From: Gammaproteobacteria bacterium
GTDB lineage: Bacteria > Pseudomonadota > Gammaproteobacteria > Ga0077536
Assembly: GCA_030833185.1 (NCBI GenBank)
Contig: JAURHQ010000004.1
Location: forward strand, 1-57,067
Direction of reading: 5' to 3'
DNA: 57,067 nt
Every line of letters starts with the position of its first letter. Within the stretch, counting starts at the first letter, position 1. Under the pieces are notes generated by a model, which worked only from the letters and a program-made list of their open reading frames with translations, did not search any database and was not told the origin of the DNA. Shown one piece after another: positions 53,503 through 57,067 of the stretch. The position numbers and the translations under genes were made by a program.

Positions 53503-54081
53503 GTGTCCAAGCCCTATCTCACCCCGACCGATGTCGCTCAACTGCTCATGGTGTCGCCCATCACGGTGCGCCAATGGGCGGCGCGCGGCGCCCTTAAAGC
53601 AGAACTGACGCCGGGTGGTCACCGCCGATTCTTGCCGCAGGAGGTCGAACGCTTTGCACGTGAGCGCGGGGTCGACCTGAGCCGGAGCGAAGCGCCGTTG
53701 GCGGTGCGTGTGCTGGTCGTTGACGATGATCCGCAGGCGCTGCGTTTCGTCACCGAACTGTTGTCGGCTTACCCGGAAATCGAGACTGCCACGGCGCAGG
53801 ATGGCTTCAACGCCGGCAAGATGGTGCACAGCTTCAAACCCGACGTGCTGCTGCTGGATTTGTTCATGCCGGCGCTGGACGGATTTGCGGTATGCCGTCA
53901 GTTGAAACAGGAACCTGCCACGCGTGGCTTGCGGGTCCTGACCATGACGGGCTATCCCTCGCCCGAGAACCTTCGCCGCTCGCTGGATGCCGGCGCCGAG
54001 GCTTGCCTTGGCAAGCCGCTCGACACGCACCGACTGCTGGAACTTCTGACCGGCGCCGCGAGCAATCGCGCACTGGCCTGA
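53503..54081 (+). CDS. excisionase/MerR-like HTH (HTH_17-type) DNA-binding domain fused to a response-regulator receiver
   Basis: GTG 53503 lies 7 nt after GGAGG. The HTH reads LTPTDVAQLLMVSPITVRQWAARG...GGHRRF. The REC domain shows VLVVDDD, LLLDLFMPALDG, LTMTG and LGKP. Confidence 0.8.
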   Translation: MSKPYLTPTDVAQLLMVSPITVRQWAARGALKAELTPGGHRRFLPQEVERFARERGVDLSRSEAPLAVRVLVVDDDPQALRFVTELLSAYPEIETATAQDGFNAGKMVHSFKPDVLLLDLFMPALDGFAVCRQLKQEPATRGLRVLTMTGYPSPENLRRSLDAGAEACLGKPLDTHRLLELLTGAASNRALA

Positions 54082-54093
54082 AGCGCGTGAGGC

Positions 54094-54912
54094 TCAGGGG
54101 CGTTGAAAGCCCGCCGTTTGCCAAATCTTCGCCGCTGCCGGGCTTTTAAGGAACACCAGCCACTGCCACACCGCCCGTGAGCTGCGGCCCTGTAGGGCAG
54201 CCGCCGGGTAGACAATCGGCGGATAGCTGGCGGGCGGAAAAGTCGCAATCTGCTTCACCCCGGGCGCTGCCTTGAGGTCGGTGGCGTAGACAATCCCGAG
54301 CGGTGCCTCACCCGTCGCGACATACATCAAGGCGGTGCGCACCGAGTCGGCCGGCGCCAATCGATCGGCTACCAGCGACCACAGGCCCAGCTTGGAGAGC
54401 GCGGCCTGTGCGTAGCGGCCAGCCGGCACATGCGCCGGATCACCCACGGCCAACCGGCCACTGCCCAACCACTGGTCGAGCGGTGTTTGGGTATTCAAAA
54501 CGGCAGGCGATAGCAGGCTGTCCGCCGGCGCCACCAGCACCAGACTATTCGCCGCCAGCGTGACGCGGCTCTGCGGCTCGAGCAGCCCCCGCTGGTCCAG
54601 ATAGTCCAGCCACTCGAGGTCGGCTGAAACGAACACATCGGCCTGCGCACCGCCTTCAATCTGGCGGGCCAGAATTGACGACGAGGCGAAGGAAAACTTG
54701 ACCGGCTCCCCACCCTGTGCGGCGTAAGCCTGAGCCAGTTGGGGCAGCACATCGGTCAGGCTGGTCGCGGCAAAAACCATCAGATCCGCCCGCGCACTGC
54801 CACAGTTCAGACCGAGTAGCAGCGCGCAAAAGGCGGCAGCGAGGCTGCGGCGCAGGGTCGTGGCCGGGTTTCTTGACACGGGTTGCGCGGCGAGGCCGTG
54901 GGGCGAGGGCAT
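54094..54912 (-). CDS. modA: molybdate ABC transporter periplasmic substrate-binding protein
   Basis: 272 aa ORF with a signal peptide. The ModA-type motifs [22 protein letters not shown] and VPAGRYA are present. An AGGAG SD lies 5 nt upstream of the ATG. Confidence 0.92.
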   Translation of the reverse strand: MPSPHGLAAQPVSRNPATTLRRSLAAAFCALLLGLNCGSARADLMVFAATSLTDVLPQLAQAYAAQGGEPVKFSFASSSILARQIEGGAQADVFVSADLEWLDYLDQRGLLEPQSRVTLAANSLVLVAPADSLLSPAVLNTQTPLDQWLGSGRLAVGDPAHVPAGRYAQAALSKLGLWSLVADRLAPADSVRTALMYVATGEAPLGIVYATDLKAAPGVKQIATFPPASYPPIVYPAAALQGRSSRAVWQWLVFLKSPAAAKIWQTAGFQRP

Positions 54913-55087
54913 GGGGGCTCCTGATTCATGCTGGCGAGCCCGTAATCTGGCGCCCGTCAGGATGCTTGTCGAGCCACGCCCGACGTGCGGCAGATTCTGC
55001 TCCGCGGTTAAGATGCCGCCCGGGCGTTGGCGCCCGCGCTACGTCGGCAACGCTTGCCGGTCGGGCGATCAGACTGGAGCACTGCCC

Positions 55088-55855
55088 ATGCCGGAACGCG
55101 ATCACCAAGGCTCAACCGCGAATTCAGCGCGCGACGAACTGTTTGCCGCGCCTGCCGCCGGCAATAACGACTTCCGCTTCGATCAGCGCACCGCCGCCGT
55201 GTTTGACGACATGGTCTCGCGCTCTGTCCCGCACTACGCCGAGATCCAGCGCATGACCTGCGAACTCGCGGCAGACTTCGCCGTGCCGGGCACCAATGTG
55301 TTCGACCTTGGCTGTTCTACCGGCACCACGCTGCTGATGCTCGACCCCTTCGTCGCCCCTGGCACGCGCTTCGTCGGCGTCGACAATTCACCGGACATGA
55401 TTGCCAAGGCGCGCGCCAAGGCGGCGCTGGCCGCGCCATCCCGTAGCATCGAATTTGAACTCGCCGACCTGCACACCGCGCATCCGATCGAGAACGCTTC
55501 GGTGGTGATCATGATCCTTTCGCTGCAGTTCATCCGGCCGCTGTTCCGCGAGCGCGTGGTGCAGCGGATTTACGACGGGCTGAACGACAACGGCTGCCTC
55601 ATTCTGGTCGAGAAGCAGACCATGGCCTCCAGCCTGCTCAATCGGCTCTTCATTCGCTACTACTACGACCTGAAGGCCCGCCACGGCTACTCGGCCGTCG
55701 AGATCGCGCAGAAGCGCGAAGCGCTGGAAAACGTGCTCATCCCCTACCGTCCGGAAGAAAATCGCGCGCTCCTTCAGCAGGTCGGTTTTAACCACGTGGA
55801 AGAGACTTTTCGCTGGTACAACTTCGCCGCCATGATTGCGGTGAAGGCGCCATGA
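55088..55855 (+). CDS. cmoA: carboxy-S-adenosyl-L-methionine synthase
   Basis: ATG 55088 starts a product that is collinear with my recollection of E. coli CmoA. Shared motifs are [54 protein letters not shown] and [11 protein letters not shown]. Confidence 0.93.
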   Translation: MPERDHQGSTANSARDELFAAPAAGNNDFRFDQRTAAVFDDMVSRSVPHYAEIQRMTCELAADFAVPGTNVFDLGCSTGTTLLMLDPFVAPGTRFVGVDNSPDMIAKARAKAALAAPSRSIEFELADLHTAHPIENASVVIMILSLQFIRPLFRERVVQRIYDGLNDNGCLILVEKQTMASSLLNRLFIRYYYDLKARHGYSAVEIAQKREALENVLIPYRPEENRALLQQVGFNHVEETFRWYNFAAMIAVKAP

Positions 55856-55877
55856 GCATGCCAGACGGGACCGGCAG

Positions 55878-56612
55878 GTGAGCGTGCAAGGCGGGCTGGT
55901 CGCCTACGGCAACTGGCTGTTTCACTATCGCGACAAAGTGTTTCCGGTGGTCATGCTGGTGCTGTTTGCCGGCTTTACCCCAGTGCTTTTTGGCGGAAGT
56001 TTGAGCAGTGACCGGCAACTGGACGCACTCGGTTTCGGGCTGGCACTGCTGGGACAAACCTACCGCTGGCTGGTGATCGGTCTGGCCTATATCAAACGCG
56101 GCGGTCTGAACAAACGGGTGCACGCCCATGCGCTGGTCACCGACGGCCTGTTCGCCCACGTGCGCAATCCGCTCTACGGCGGCAATTTGTTGATCATCGC
56201 GGGCCTGCTCATCGTGCATCACGCGCCGGCGGTCTACGTGCTGGGCGGCGCCTATTTCGTGCTGACCTATATCGCGATCGTGGCGGCTGAAGAGGCCTAC
56301 CTGCGCGAGAAATTTTCGGACTACGCGGATTACTGCCGCCGCGTGCCGCGCTGGTGGCCGCGCTGGTCAGGTCTGGGCGCTACCTTGACCGGCATGCGCT
56401 TTAACTGGCGCCGCGCGGTGCTCAAAGATTCCGCCAGCTGCGCGATGTGGGTGCTGACCGGGCTCGGCATTCTGGGGCTGGAAGCCTGGCACGGGGGAGG
56501 CTTGGCGGCGCTCGAGGCCCGCGCGCCCGGCCTGCTGGCCGGGGCGGGGCTCGCGATTGGTACCGCGCTCTTCATTCTTCAACTGAAAAAACGCGGTGTG
56601 CTGACCGGCTAG
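55878..56612 (+). CDS. ICMT/PEMT-superfamily polytopic membrane methyltransferase
   Basis: 244 aa ORF with about 5-6 TM segments. The motifs LVTDGLFAHVRNPLYGG and EEAYLREKFSDYADYCRRVPRWWP match the isoprenylcysteine carboxyl / phospholipid methyltransferase signature. Confidence 0.8.
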   Translation: MSVQGGLVAYGNWLFHYRDKVFPVVMLVLFAGFTPVLFGGSLSSDRQLDALGFGLALLGQTYRWLVIGLAYIKRGGLNKRVHAHALVTDGLFAHVRNPLYGGNLLIIAGLLIVHHAPAVYVLGGAYFVLTYIAIVAAEEAYLREKFSDYADYCRRVPRWWPRWSGLGATLTGMRFNWRRAVLKDSASCAMWVLTGLGILGLEAWHGGGLAALEARAPGLLAGAGLAIGTALFILQLKKRGVLTG

Positions 56613-56616
56613 CGCG

Positions 56617-57067
56617 CTAGCGTTTGCGCCGGTCCTTGATTGGCGCCGGCGCGGCCGGCGCGTCGCTCGCCAGCAGGCTACGCAGCATCCAGGCGTTCTT
56701 CTCATGGATCTGCAGCCGCTGGGTCAGCAAGTCGGCAGTGGGTTCATCGCTCGCTTTGTCGACCACCGGAAACAGCCCGCGCGCCGTGCGCACGATGGCC
56801 TCCTGCCCTGCAATCAGCTGCCGGATCATGTCGGTCGCGGCCGGCGCGCCAGTTTCTTCAGGAATGCTGGAGAGCGCGGCGAACTGGGCGTACGAGCCGG
56901 GCGCGTAGTGGCCGAGCGCACGAATCCGTTCGGCGATCAGGTCGAGCGCGTCGCTGCCTTCTTCGGGCACCGGCCGATCGAAGCGCGCGTGCACTTCGCC
57001 ATAGCCCGCCGTCGGATTGGTCGGCGCCGCCGCGACATCGCGGCGGTATTCGGCAGCCAGCCGCGCA
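56617..57067 (-). CDS. dps: Dps-family DNA-protection/ferritin-like protein, C-terminal part (5' end beyond the window)
   Basis: It carries [37 protein letters not shown]. The frame remains open upstream of the track's ATG to the window end. Confidence 0.8.
   Translation of the reverse strand, partial: ARLAAEYRRDVAAAPTNPTAGYGEVHARFDRPVPEEGSDALDLIAERIRALGHYAPGSYAQFAALSSIPEETGAPAATDMIRQLIAGQEAIVRTARGLFPVVDKASDEPTADLLTQRLQIHEKNAWMLRSLLASDAPAAPAPIKDRRKR

Noticed and set aside
54913-55087. A possible Moco riboswitch or ModE operator upstream of modA.
   Set aside because: Reading the minus strand, I could not recognise the conserved Moco-motif elements or a ModE-type inverted repeat. The call needs a covariance-model scan (Rfam Moco RNA motif) before anything can be claimed.

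Overview
This 57 kb chromosomal segment comes from a high-GC proteobacterium and is almost entirely coding. Its gene order resembles Pseudomonas-type Gammaproteobacteria. Left to right it contains: bioC'-bioF-bioB (minus strand) and comF. Next is the replication-origin cluster gyrB-recF-dnaN-dnaA (minus), divergent from rpmH-rnpA-yidC-mnmE (plus). An ~11 kb LPS/LOS core-type glycosylation cluster follows, with 2x GT9, GT25, wecB, 2x GT4, a WaaL/Wzy_C-type ligase, a GT39/83 ArnT-like enzyme, a DsbA/HCCA-isomerase-like protein and an ELM1-family protein. Then come ilvE-glnE, an aminotransferase, and cutA-dsbD-tlpA. The conserved block aroQ-accB-accC-prmA-DUF3426-dusB-fis-purH-purD follows. A TCA cluster comes next: sucA-sucB plus a Baeyer-Villiger-type flavoprotein on the minus strand, divergent from gltA-mdh. 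The right end carries rppH, two small secreted hypothetical proteins, an NlpC/P60 lipoprotein, a split molybdate transporter locus (modA / modBC), cmoA plus an ICMT-like membrane methyltransferase, and a partial dps. I found no rRNA, tRNA, CRISPR array, IS/transposase, integrase or phage genes, and no recognisable defence system. I see no clear-cut novel system, only leads. The best is a receiver-GHKL ATPase plus HTH-receiver gene pair inserted antiparallel between modA and modBC. Next are cmoA coupled to an ICMT/PEMT-type membrane methyltransferase instead of cmoB, a class B flavin monooxygenase in the slot normally held by lpd after sucAB, and an ELM1-family gene in the core-LPS operon. Also noteworthy are an AT-rich dnaA-dnaN spacer with two perfect inverted DnaA boxes (candidate oriC) and a visibly lower GC content across gyrB-recF-dnaN-dnaA than in the flanks. 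All functional calls rest on motif and family recognition by eye from the supplied translations, and no database search was run. The many long ORFs antisense to real genes are treated as high-GC shadow ORFs.
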